This document shows positions 13,741 to 28,401 of a stretch of DNA of 64,000 nucleotides, in pieces (position 1 is the first letter of the stretch; every line of letters begins with the position of its first letter). The notes under the pieces are model-generated. The model made no database searches and was not told where the DNA came from. It saw only the letters and a program-made list of their open reading frames with translations. The stretch comes from the human T2T-CHM13v2.0 reference genome, Homo sapiens, in the NCBI RefSeq assembly GCF_009914755.1, contig NC_060944.1; one strand, written 5' to 3'. A program made the translations under genes and the position numbers.

Positions 13741-14989
13741 TAATTCAATGAGCATTCCTTTAGTGCCTTATGAGTAGATACCGTGAACCAGGTGCTGACG
13801 TGCCTGGTAGGGCTACAATGCCGAGAGGCTGCTGGGAAGACAGACATCCGTTAGATACTCACACTGTTAAGCAACTAATCATAAACTGCAGTAAGTACTA
13901 GAAAGAAGGTGTGGTGAGAACATGCAGTGGGGAGCTGGACATTAGCCTCTAGGGCCAGACACGGCATCTGAGGAATGAAGAGACATGACATACATCAAGG
14001 CGAGGTGGAGGGGAGAATTTACCAGGCAAAGTCCCAGCGCTGGGCAAGTCTATGGGGTGGTTGGAGGCATGGCATGTCAGAGAGACTGAGCATGAAAGGC
14101 CTGTTGCTAGAGCGAGGTGAGGTGGGAGAAGGCAGCGGCAGGCCGGCAATGTGAAGTTGAAATAGGAATTCAGGTGTCTATCCTCAGGGCAGAGGCGAGT
14201 CTTTGAAGGGCTTAAGCAGGAAGGGAATGACAGGATCAGGTAAGCCTTTTCTAAAGGTCATTGTGACTGCTTTGTGATGTCCAATAGACAAGATAACCTG
14301 AAAATCCTCCTGATCCAAAACAACAGGAAATGCTGGATAATATCACAGCAGAGCTGAACTTAGAAGCAGGTGAGAGATATCCTTGGAGCTGTAAATAAAG
14401 AGGAAGCTGAATACCCAAGGAGCATGTTGTCACTCACTACTGCATCTCTCCTGGTGGCATTTGCCCATCTCAGTAAACAAGAAATGTCCGTTTTAATGAC
14501 TGCACAAGGACAGAAGACAAGGCTGGGGGTGAAAGTGGGTTGGGGAATTGGATCTGTGACCCTGCCATGAAAGAGGAGCCTTTTGATTAATAAACAGGGG
14601 ACTGTATGGTAAATCCGCTTCTCACAAAATAAAATGCTAGAAAGTTTGTCTCTTTTGATCTGGGCTCTAGGTGGGGCTGGGGGAGTCTTCTTAAAAAATA
14701 TCTTATCGTGGACCTGCCCCAAGTGGGTTTGGAGTTCTTTACACTACTTTCATGGTCCTGGAAACCTCATGCCAAGAAATTAACATATTATAGTAATGGA
14801 GTTCACACTGGTCATCAGTGCAGGATTCCTAGAAGAAGAATGGAAATTTTCTCTGAAATTCTCAGTAGAAATGAACTCTAAATAACTTCAAATAATAATA
14901 TTCATGAATATTTATATAAAAAGATATTTTAAATATTTCAGACTGTATAAATCAATGACTACATAAGTGTGATCAATTTGAGTTGGCGG

Positions 14990-16720
14990 TCAGAATTATG
15001 ACATTTTAAGTCCCTGTATTTTTGAAGAAGACAGTCAATATAGAGTGAAATTTAATTTTATTAAATGAAACGTTTGTGTTAAAATTTATGGAGAATTACT
15101 AAGATAATACATTCACAACACAAAGGCACAAATGGTTGAAAATAAAAGAATGGAAAAATATGTAGTAGGCAAACACTAACCAAAAGACACCATTGGATTA
15201 GGTTGGATATTACTATCCAATAAAGTTGATTTAAGAGCAAAACATTATTATTTGAGACGATTTTAATGCTAATGGTAATTTTAATGGTAAATGGTACAGT
15301 TTACTGGGAAGATAAAACAATTTAAAACTTCTAAACATTTAATAACATAGTCTCAACATGTCAAAAAAAAACTTCACCAGAAACTGAAGATATAAGAAGA
15401 AACAACAAATTTTTTAAAATGACAAATTTATAATCAGATTGAGAGATTTTAATACAATTTTTTGGTAACTGAAAGATCAAATAATAAAGTCTTTAAGGTA
15501 TAGAAGATTTGAACAATGGTTTGATTTGATGGACATATATAGAACTTTACTCTCAACAATATAGCATAATATTTTCCAAAATATCTAAGAATAAAACATG
15601 TGTAAGAATTCACTTTGTACGTGGCCATAACACAAGTCTCAAAAAATGTCATTGAATCAACATCACACCAGTTAAATTATTTGACTACAGAGAGACATAT
15701 ATAGCCTTATGTTGAATATTGTATATATTATCTTATGCTTTATTATATCACAGTAAAGGAAGACTAAAATTAAATATGCTAATTGTTCAGTGTGATAAGT
15801 TAGAAGAAAGAATAATAAACCTAAACAAATTAGAAGGAAGGAAATAATATATATGAGTAGAATCAATGAAATAGAAAACAGCTATTATCAGTGGAATGGT
15901 CAAAACTCAAGTTTTGTTCATTATGAAGAACAGTAAAATACACAGATTCTTTGACAAGCTTGATCCGCAAAAATGAATAATGTTAGACAAGAAAAGGAGG
16001 ATATAGGTACAGCTATAGCAGAGATTATTAAAAAGATAAAGTGACTCTTACCGACATATTAGGCAACTCAGATGAGATTGACATTTTTTCTAGAAAAGTA
16101 TAACAACATTGACTGAACAAGAAATCGAAAATGTGAAGAGATGTATAACACTAAAAATTTTGATCAGTAGTTCAAAATATGTTTATTTAAATCTATGATG
16201 TAATTTATCTCATGAACAGATAAAAAAGAACAGGATTATTTCAATAGGTGCAGAAAAACATTTTTAAAATTTGAGCCTATTCTTTGTCTCTCTCTCCCTC
16301 TATCTCTGTCTTCTATCTCTATCCCTTTCTCTATCTCTATCTCTATCTCCATCTCTGTCTGTCTCTATCTCTATCTGTCTCTATCTTGTTGTCTGCAAAG
16401 CAGGGCTAGTAGGGAGTAAAGAGTATTTATCAAAACCTGAAAGTAAATATAATTATCAATTAAGAAATAATAAAAGCATTTCCTTTAAAATCAGGAACAG
16501 GCAAGAGTGATCATTGTCATCCCTTTTAATCAATATTTTATTTGTGGTTATAATCAGCGTAATAAGTCATAAAAGGAAAGTAAAAGCATTTCAACATAAG
16601 AAGTACATTTGTTTATAAATACGTTTTTTAAATAAAAAAGAATATAAATTCGATGATTAGAGTTAGAAACAAAATCAGTTCCATATGTACACGTCAGTCA
16701 TGAATAGAAAAGTACATAGC
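14990..16720 (+). mobile_element. Highly decayed L1 (L1M) ORF2 fragments
   Basis: A-rich sequence with L1 ORF2-like segments (ggcaaacactaaccaaaa, tcaataggtgcagaaaaacattt, aaaatcaggaacaggcaagagtg). No intact ORF. Confidence 0.7.
16286..16386. repeat. (CT/CTAT)-rich low-complexity tract
   Basis: Runs of ctctatctctat inside the L1 relic. Confidence 0.85.
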
Positions 16721-17084
16721 GTTTAGAAAGCAGGGCCAATGACTCCAGTAGGCTCTCTGATGGCTCAGTGAGGCATTGCCTGGTGAGTGAGCCTTCCATT
16801 TTAGGTACAGAAAGAATTCTGTGTGCAAATTATGCCCACTCTCCTACCTACCCTCGCGAAAGTTACTTGTAACCCCAGTTACTTTGCATAATATTTTTTT
16901 GACTAAAAGAAAATTATGAAGAAAAAAATTTTAAATCCTATTTCTGAAATGTCTTCCACTCTTTTTAGTGATCTATGACTTTCTCAGAAAACTCTTTTGG
17001 AGGAAAGGGTGTAATCCTGAGGTAGTAATGTTGTGGATAAAAATATGAGGCTCATAGCCACTGAAATGCTCATTTCTAGAGGCA

Positions 17085-17410
17085 GCAGACAGTTCCCAAT
17101 TCTCTCTGGTTTGGTAGCCAACAATCCCGCGTAGATGATGGAGCAACTTGAAATGTGGAATTGACATGTGCCTTAGGTATAAATGCTCATCAGATTTTGA
17201 AGACTTCGTACAAAAGAATGTGACTATTTCCTTATTAATTGTATATTGAGAACATGCTGCATTGATAATATTTTTGATATATTGGGTTAATTAAAAGTTA
17301 CTACACTTAATTTCTTTTAGAAAACTTCTAAAATGTGAACACTAGAAAATTTAAAGTTACATATGTGATTTGCTTTTTAGATGTTTTATATCTACTTGAT
17401 GACACTGTTG
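17085..17410. mobile_element. MER3/MER33-like hAT-Charlie relic
   Basis: tggagcaacttgaaatgtgg...tcagattttgaagactt...ctagaaaatttaaagttacatatgtg. Confidence 0.6.
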
Positions 17411-18054
17411 TAGGTCCTCCAATTCCTAATTGTGTGGTTTGGGGTTAGTGCTTAATTTTCTCTCAGCCTCAGTTTCCTCCTTTGTAAATAAGTGAGATAA
17501 GTGTGTCCTCTACCTTAGATGATTGAGAGTATTCCATGGAGAAACCCATCCTTTAAAAGACAACTTGCTAAATGGTAAAGCTTTATAAAACCTACATAGG
17601 TTTGTTGTTTCTTATTTTTCAGTCCATTTTTGTTCCAGAGCATGACATAGTCCCAAAAATAGAAAAAAACAAAACAAAACAAAACAAGGTGGAGGGCTTG
17701 GAGAAAATCTACCATGTTTCTGCCACGTTGCCTCCTTGTGGGAGCCAGATGTCAGAACCAACCTCTAGGCAAGGTTTTGCCATTTCTCTTCTACTTTCAA
17801 AGAGAATTCTGTGTGCCCCGCATCCCGTTCATCATGCTGCAGTAGTACAGAATTGTAAACATTACCATGTAAGCTGAAAATGTGCAATATCATCTAAATA
17901 ATTAATAAAAAAATGACGATGGTTTTGTAAACTTTAACATTTTTTCTCAAATCTTTAAAAACTCTCTTAGTATTGGTTATAAAGCATAGTAAAGTGGAAA
18001 ATAGTGAAACTAATATTCAGTCAGTACATTTAACAGAACATTTGAAATATTGAC

Positions 18055-18716
18055 GTGGAGAAAAGGGAACCCTAGTACCCTTTTGGCGGAAATGTAAATG
18101 AATACAGCCATTATGGAAAACAGTATGAAGGTTCCTCAAAAAACTAAAATTAGAGTTACTATATGATCCAGCAGCTCCACTTCTGGGTATACATCCAAAG
18201 ACTTTGAAATTGGTATGTTGAAGGGATATGCACATTCCCATGCCTGTTGCAGCACTATTCATGATAGCCAAGATACGGCAGCAACCAAAGCGTCCATCGA
18301 CAGATGAATGGCTAAAGAGAAGGTGGTGTATATATACAATGGAGTACTGTTCAGACTTGAAAGATGATGTCAGTTGTGACAACATGGATGAACCTAGAGG
18401 ATATTGTGCTAAGTGAAATTAGCCAGGCACAGAAAGACAAATACCGCATGATCTCGTATGTGGAATCTAAAATAACCAGACACATAGAAGCAGGGAACAG
18501 AATAATGGTTTCCAGAGGCTGGGGAGTGGAAGGAATGGGCAGATGTTGGTCCAAGGATATGAAGCTTCAGTTGGACAGGAGGATAAATGATAAGTATTTG
18601 AGATAACGAATATGTGAATTAGCTTGATCCAGTCATTCCACATTGTATATGTAGATCAAGCATCACTTTGTATCTCACAAATAGATCCAATTTCAATTTG
18701 TCAATGTGCAGTTGAA
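18055..18716 (+). mobile_element. L1MA-type 3' end (ORF2 C-terminus plus 3'UTR)
   Basis: gtggagaaaagggaacc, atatgatccagcagctccacttctgggtata and acatggatgaacctagagga motifs. ORF-track peptides resemble the L1 ORF2 tail ([25 protein letters not shown]). Confidence 0.9.
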
Positions 18717-20944
18717 AAGCCATTATAATTTTGAGAACCAAAGTGTTTTATTTCTTTGTAAAACAAACTTACCAAGAGTAGTTTGAACAGTGCTTATGAT
18801 GTGGAGTGAGTATCTTTCCTAAGCCCTGGCAAGCTTCCGTACTCCTAAGTTTGGCTCAGCTTCCAACATCTTATCTTTTGTGCTCTCAGTGTCATGAAAT
18901 ATCTTCAAGCATTTCTTTAAGACATCATCCTTTTCCTCAAGACCACTTTCTTCATTTGTGTTGTTTGTCTTCACTAATTCCTGTGTCTCCAAATCTAGAG
19001 TGTCTGTACCTCAGGAGTGTCAACATCCCCACGGTCAGCTGCTTCTTCTCTAGCTCCATTTATATTCCATTCACATTTCATTTCCAGTGTGAACATATTT
19101 CATTTCTTTGCTTCACTTTCATTTCATCTTGTTGGCCAGTTGTTTCTTTTGGTCATCTGTCTTGTGAAATGGGTTTATCGCTGGGAGACAGGAAGGCAAC
19201 ACAACTTCACAATTTGCTGTCTATTGGTGGACTGAGTAACTGATGCACAGTGACCCCTGGTGACTCACTTTGAAAAAAAATCAGCATGTTAGTCATGGAT
19301 CATGGTGCACATGTTAATTGCATGATGATTTGCGGACTGAAGCATTAGGGGCGAAATTTACACTTTTAGCAATTACAGTTAATATACCGTGCTAACTGAA
19401 ACTTGTACAGTGTTACTGGGGCACTAAATTAATGCCTACAGAACTATGCCAAGTGAAGACTGCCTATGCTCAGCATTTTCAGACAGTTGTTCTTTGGAGG
19501 AGTCTTTGTCTCTTGTCTTTTGACTGATCTGAAAGGCCATCTTTCCTATTTGCAGTCCTCACATGCTGTCTTCTGAGCATTCCAAGTGTACAGAGGAGAT
19601 GTGCAGGGGTCAGCAGTCATTCAGCCATTCAACAGCCATGTGTGCAGTGTCCACGCTGTGCTGAGCTCAGCACTGGGTGCTGGCATATTTGCTGGCAATT
19701 TCCAGTGCCTTAAATTGCTGTCATTTTTGGCTTTTGGCAGCTAACTTTCCGACATATTTTCCAAACCACTGCTTATACAATTTGCACAAGGTTTTAAAGT
19801 TACCTCTCACTTGCACAAATTTCCACTATCTTGATTGCTGGGATACACATACTGTCAGGAGCATCAGGTTCCTCCGGTTGGGATACAGTCCCCATCTTGG
19901 CATGCCAAATGGGGCAGTCCCTTTTTAAACAGAACAATCAGCTAATGGACACAGTCTAAACTTGCATAGTTGCTGGTTAATTATTCAAAGCATGTTTCAT
20001 TAAAGCCAGTCCCATTTCTCAGCATCTTCTTTCTTCAGTGTTTTTAATTGACCTGAGAATTACCATACTCTGAAGGGTGTGCCAAAGAATCAGATGTCTT
20101 TGCCTGGAGCATTAAATTCCACTGAAAAACTACTTCAACCAGAAGAGAGGTGTGGCTAGAGAGAGAGGTTCATAGTTTTAGAGCTTTTTAAAAATTTTTT
20201 AATCCTTTTGAGATTCTTTGCCATTAAATATATTAAGTAGTTTTGGAAAATAATGTGTTTGCTTAAGAAATCCAAAACACTTTTTATAAGGGAGCTCCCT
20301 GGCTCCCAGTGGTGAAGGGAACCAAACGTTTATGGATCTGGGAGTGTGCCAGGGACTTTCACATATCATCATCCACAATCCTCATAATGGCCTTATAGGA
20401 TGGAAATTGTTATCTTCATTTTCACAGTTGAGGAAACTGAGGCCTAGACAAGTAAATTAAGATGCCCAAGATCTTACTTCTGTTTGATGTTAGAGCTGAA
20501 TTTTGACGTTTTAGTTTGTCCCATTCCAAAATCATTATACTTTTCCATATATAAATGATTGCAAATGTCTGACATGCCAGCCACCACTCTTCCATTCTGG
20601 TACCATTACAGACATCACTAATTGATAACCTATGTATTCAACCTGACTTTTGTCATGCAGCTGCCCATGAACGCTGCTCAGAATGGAAAACCCAGCTCAC
20701 CCTCTAAATGGAAGATAATGTAAGCAAAGAGATTTTAGGGTAGCACTGATACAAGCTTTTAGGCCAGTGTAGCCACTCACTGATGTTGGGTTGGAGGTGC
20801 CCCTCCCTCATACTGGCATTTTCTTATGCCCTCTATTTCTACATTAGGGATAGTAAGAGAGCACTGAAGCATTCCCTGTGGAAGAAGCCACAGACAGGGA
20901 AGAAAAGTAAGAACTTATTAATTTAAATTCTGTCTGTTTCGCCA

Positions 20945-21420
20945 GTGTCTTGGTTTGGGTTCCTCTAGAAGCACACACTCAGACAAGGACTTGGGTGCAA
21001 GGAGGTGACCTAAGAAGCACAAGAGAGAGAATGAGGTAATGAAACAGAGTGAGGGGAAAGGCAGATAAAGGTGCATTCTTAAGCAGAACACTGCAGGGGA
21101 CAACGAGGGCCCAGCTCTAGCCGGGGTCTCAGAGAGTCTGTGGAACAGGCTTCAGAATTGTCCCACGAGAGAGGCAAGGAAGCCAGGGTATTGATCCACC
21201 TAATTCAGTCCTCTGCAGGTTGAGGGTTGCTCACATCCCTCCACTCTCCTAGAATTAAATCTTATCTGCCTCTCAGTTTGTCTGTGCTGGTCCTGCAGAA
21301 AGCCCTCCAGGAGGAGCTGGGAGACTCCAGCCCTGGAGTTGAGGAGCAGTCATCAGGACACTGCACCAGGGCAGCCGGGGTCCCCAAGGGGGCATGAAGG
21401 GGGCCCCTCCAGTATCTGTG
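20945..21420 (-). mobile_element. ERVL-type LTR relic (LTR16/LTR33-like)
   Basis: Begins tgtcttggtttgggttcctctagaagcacacactcagacaaggacttgggtgcaag, the reverse complement of the LTR 3' end. Confidence 0.6.
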
Positions 21421-24400
21421 TGCTCTCTAGCTGGCTCTGTTGGGTAACTTTCTCTGATGGTGATCAGAGTTAAGTTGATCCCACTGTCCTAACTTTAGAA
21501 AATCACTGAGATTCTGTATATCCTGAACGCCACCTAATGGGATGTATAGACCACAGATGGCCTTTCTTTGTGGCCAGGCTACATTCTCAGTGGTTGCAGC
21601 CCAGCAGCATGGATTTGAAATTTATGGTGGTGGTTGATTCCACCAAAGACAACACAGAGTGTTGTGTGTAGCTCTTAGTAAATTCCTTGTTATCTTTTAC
21701 AACCATCTCGGGCAAATATTGTTCCTCTTGACAGAGTGGGCCATGTTAGCCAGAGCAAATGTTACCCCAGACAACCGTGAATTGAAGATGAAAGAGGAGT
21801 TGCAGCCAGAATAACTAGCTTGGAAATGGAGCCAGTCTTTCAACAGCAGAAGGGGCAGATAGGAGGCAGGGTGAACTCAGACAACCTTTGTGCTGAAGAG
21901 ACCCTTTGCTGTGTGAGGGTCTAAGCAGTTGCTGGTAGCAAAATTTTTGCCACCAAGGCTTGGAGTAAGAAGAAAAATCATGGTGGTGACGGAGTAGCAA
22001 TATACTTGTGGTCATAGGCACTAATTAACCCAGACAGCTGATTTTAATCATTGCTGTCATCTGTTGCAATCAGCTAGCTGACAGAGGGGTTGTTTCATCT
22101 TTTCCAATAAGTGAATATTCAAAGCTGTTCTCTTTTCTCTCTCTTTCAGCTTAAAAAAACAAAAAGCCTGAAATTGGAATGGCGGGGGGGGGTGCCTGTT
22201 CCAGAAACTCCTTGCAATTGCCCTTCAGTCATCTTAGTACATTCATTTGTATGTGACTTTGTCTCACTGGATTGTGTAAACTAGGCAGGGAATAACTCCG
22301 CAGATCTTACTCAACAACTCCCATGATATAAACTTCTTGGGATCCTCCAGTGAAGCCTCCAGTATGGGGGAGGGGTCAGCATGTTTAGAATGAATGTGTC
22401 ACTAGCTCTGTGCTAAATTCTAAAGAGACACATAGAAGAGGTGGTGCTTGATTTCACAATCTCATGGTACAGCTTTGGGTGCATTTAGATTTATATAATT
22501 ATGCAATGGGTGCTTCGCCTGTTGGAGTGAAGCAAGGTCATGTGGCAACTTGTGGAGCAATTCTTGGACACTTGGGCTTCCCACGGGGTTAGGCAATCCT
22601 GCTGCTCCTAAGTGCCCCCAGGCAACAGACGGGATGGTATCATTTATAGAAGGCATCCAGCTTTGGGCCGGTGGTCTCATCTGCCATTTCCTATAGGAGT
22701 AGGTAGAGGAGGGGACAGACCTAAAGACTCACATTCTCTAGGGGTTTGTTGGGATGTCCCAGGGCCCTGGCACATCCTGGAAATTTCAACCAGGGAGTGC
22801 AAATGACCTGCCACGCTTGGTTGCAGGAATCTGTCATTTTCAGGGCATTTTCGCTTCAAGAGAGGCATGAAATTGTTTTAGACTCTGGGGTCTGATGAAG
22901 GTGTGCGCAGCACAGGCTCATGTTGCCCTTGCCAAGCGTTACCCCTGTTCCCCTCAGGGCCTGAGATCTTCTGAGCAGTCAAATTGGAATCCTCTAGACT
23001 TCCCCAACCCTTTCCATGTTGTATTTGCTTCTGGCATTTGCTTCTCGGATTGTTTCCTGGTTGTTAATTTTGAGTCATCAGCATCTTTGCCTGTAGTATC
23101 CGCATCTGTACACCCTCCGTGGCCTTCTGAGGTCTTGGCATGGGGTTGACCAGTGAGGGGCTGTGTGAAGTCACCCCACTGTTACCCCCATCCTCACAGG
23201 TTTCCCATAGGCTCTTCTAATGTTGCATGAGAACCTATTGTGGGCCTAACCCAGTCTGGCAGGAAAAGGAGAGAAGGAAAGTGCATGGAATGGTCCTGTC
23301 CTTAAAGAGCTTCTGGAGGAGATGGAGAAAGGAGGCATTCACATGTGAGATGAAAACAGCAAAGCAAGACCTGACAAGCTTGATAGGCCTGATGAGCCAG
23401 GCCACACCGTCCTCTTCCATGGTCCAGTCTAGTGTGCATGTTCCATGTCTAAATCAGAGGACCCAGTGGGAGACAGTAGGGTGTAGTGGAGGCTGTGGTG
23501 AGCACAAAGGAGGTTTTCCTGTCCAACATGAGGTAGACGTTCCCCTCAGGGCTTACATGGCATGAACTCTGGCCCATGTTGCCAGGTCTTCTGGTTTTTA
23601 AGAGAAACTGGAAATCTGGCTCTTTATATGAAATTGGGGATTTTTTATGACATTGTATGAGGAAATAATCACGCCTGTGCCCATATTCATCCTGACTGTA
23701 GCCTCTGGGCTGTGCCATCCTAGTGTGCTCCCACAGAGTGACATTGCCCAGGCGGCCATCTACTCCCGACCCCAGAGTCTGGCTTCATTTGTGAGGTCAC
23801 CTCACATGGTCCAGGGGTTCCCTCACAAGTCACAGGCTCCACTGAATGTTCAGTGAGTAGAGGCTGGGGAGAAGAGCTCATCTGTGGGGACGCGGCCTCC
23901 CCACGCTCACTACATTGCTTGCCACCTCAAGGGAAGATTTCTGAGGCTGCATTTCAGGCACAGATTTCTGAGGCTGCACTCAGGTTGGGTAGGCACGTTT
24001 TGGGGACAAAAGCAGTGAGTCCAAGTGTTGTAGAGTCTGTCATTCCTCAGCAACAAACTCAGCAGCTTTCCTTCCAGTTTAATAAATCCAGACCCTTGTG
24101 GCTTATATAACACGCGTGATGACAAGTAATGATAACTCACGAAGAAAAGGAAGAAAACTTTTTTTGTCTTTCTGACTCATGCCTCTAGTGTGGGAAATCT
24201 GGTCAGGGTGGCCACACATGTTCCCTGGAGCTAGAAGGCGAGATTCCAGAGGACACACAGCATGGGCTGGGAGGTCTTTTGCTTCCACCGAGGAAGATGA
24301 GATTTCACAGGGAAGGGTTTCCTGGAGTTCCAGGTTTCTCCAGGGCAGCATGGTGGTCAGGAACCTGCATCCTAGAGCCAGATTGCCTGGGTTCAAATGC

Positions 24401-25353
24401 TGGCTGCACCACTTACTAGCTCTGTGACCTTGAGAAAGTTACGTAAACTCTCTGTGCCATACTTCTTTCATCTTTAAATGCAGGTAATGAGAATACCTCT
24501 CACACAGCATTGTTAGGACTAAAGCTGCTTCCAGTACTGTATACAAAAGGAAGCATGCATCTGCCTTGCCCTTTCCCAGAAGTAGTAAATGTTTTTGATT
24601 CACTGGGTGGGGATCCATGTGGCAATATTATTTATAAGGGATAGAAGTTCACTGACTGTCATTACCCAACAGACCTCATCTACCCAGGCGTGTTTGTACC
24701 TCATCTCCAGGGCTACCCTGCAAAGCAGGAGATGTATGTATTGTTCCTCTGCCAAGAGTCCCCAGGGGAGTTGAGTGGCTTATCACGGTGACCCATCAGT
24801 TTAACTCTTGCTGCCTGTCAGTGGTGGCTGCTGTTGAGAATTCCCTCCGCTATAGGATGGAGAGGTGCTCTCTTTAGGATGATCGTGGCTGGGCTGTCCC
24901 AATCCTTGTCCCACTGGGCCTGTGCCCTGGTTGAAAACCAAAGATGATTAAGATTTGGAGTGTCGTTGAGAGAGAAGTGTGGACTTCCATGGATGTCTGT
25001 TTAGCCAGATGGATTTCCATCTTTGTCCTCTCCAGGTGGCCCAAAGCATGGGTGAAGAGGAAGCATGGTGCCACTGGATGGTCCCAGGAATGCTTGGGTT
25101 CAAGCTCAGATGGAGCCATTAACTGGCACGTGGCCTTGGGGCAAGTCATTGTCCTTCCAATGCCATACTTAGTTTCTTAAAAAGAGGTGGACTAGATCTG
25201 TGCTGTCCAATACGGGAGCCATGAGCCACACATGGCAACCGAGCACTTGCAATGTCGCTTGCTAGATGAGATGTGCTGTGAGTATAAAATGCACAGTGGC
25301 TTTTAAGGGCTTAGTACAAAAAAGAATGAAAAATACCCCAGTAACTTTTTATC

Positions 25354-26374
<1,021 letters not shown>

Positions 26375-27363
26375 TAGTTTTTATAATTATTACATGTTGA
26401 AATGTTAATATTTTGGATATATCAGGTTAGGTAGAATATATTATTGAAATTAATGTCACCTGTTTGGTTTTACTTTTTAATATGTCTGCTAGAAAATCTG
26501 GAATTCATGGCTCGCATTAGATTTCTGTTGGACTGCTGCACCGAACCCTCTCTAAGGACCTTCCTAGTTCCAAAATTATATTCTTCCACAAAACGATCCC
26601 TAGGTTTGGACTTCTGATGACTCATCTGGTATCATGGCTATGACCCAACTTGAAAAAAGTTCATTTGGGTCTTTTTGAAAACCATTTGCAAAAATAGGTT
26701 TTTAAAGAGAAATCCTGAAAGGAGGCACAGAGTCACATAAGGCGAGCCCAGGAGCTGGGACCATCACTTTCTCCTGCCTCCGTAAGCAGCCTGGAGCCAT
26801 CTACAGCTGTGGATGGGGCTGTTTCAAAAAATCTATAGTCTAAGCCTGAACAGCGGTTTCCTTAATCGATCCTCCTCTCAGACGGTTGACTCCGCTGAGA
26901 CTGGCCCTGCTGGGCATCAGGCCCAGGAGAATGGGCAGTAAATTCCCAGCTGGCGTCAGCCAAGAACAGGTGCTTGGGTTTCTCATATCTTTATGGTCTG
27001 GGGGGAGACCAGGGAGGTGCCTTTGAATCCCCAAAAGGCTCAATGTCAAAACACAAATCTCGGCCTCCAGTTGTACCTCCAAGGAGGGCTCAGGATGATG
27101 TTGGGAAGCATCTTTTTACCTTAGTTCTCCTGCAGGAATTAATTAAGAATGCCTGTTATGTTTCCTACCTTTTTCTGGGTGCTGGAGGGAAATTCAGAAG
27201 TCTCACTTATATCTCTTTTCAGAGCAGCTTGACTCCTGCAAGAACCAGAGTGTGTTCATGTCCATAAAAACCAAATCCAACCAAACACCCTCCAAACTCC
27301 TGGATATGGTGTGTATTTCCATTGGGAGCTTGAGTCTTTCCTGTTTACTCCTTCTACTGCTTC

Positions 27364-27532
27364 TTTTGATTTTTATATTTTTAGAGATAGGGTTTCCCTC
27401 TGTTGTCCAGGCTAAAATGCAGTGGGGAGATCATAGCTCACAGCAGTCTCAAACTCCTGCACGTAAGCCGTCCTCTCATCTCAGTCTCCTGAGTAGCTGG
27501 AACTACAGGCACACGCATCACTGTGCCCAGCT
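27364..27532 (-). mobile_element. Alu monomer (FRAM/right-arm-like)
   Basis: Single antisense Alu arm: ttagagatagggtttccctctgttgtccaggct...cactgtgcccagct. Confidence 0.8.
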
Positions 27533-27963
27533 CACCTGCTTCTTAAAGGCTGGTAAGAGTCTGAGCCCTGGGGCTGTGAGCCTTTATCAACCTCTGTTTT
27601 CTGCAGCACCTGCACTCAGGTAGTTTCCTGTTTGGAATGCTGTTCCTAAACTGGCTTACCTCCCTTTTCACCTGTTTTCATGTAAACAGCTGATAGAAGC
27701 ACCGCCATCCTGGGGAGGCCCAGCTGCAAGCTCCTGGAGGCGGGCACCTTTGCTGCCTCTGCCCTCACAGCTCTTCTTCCCACCCCATGAGCTCTTCTTC
27801 CCCATTCCAGGCTTTGGGCAAAGGCAAGGGGAAGAGAGCTTTTGGTAAAAGCCACTCTGAACATTTTTCCAGAAAACTGGGCAAAAGCAAACTTCTTTGG
27901 GTACTGGGCATCTTTTTAGATGATAATTAGAAATACAGAGGAATAGTAATAAACTATAATGAT

Positions 27964-28401
<438 letters not shown>

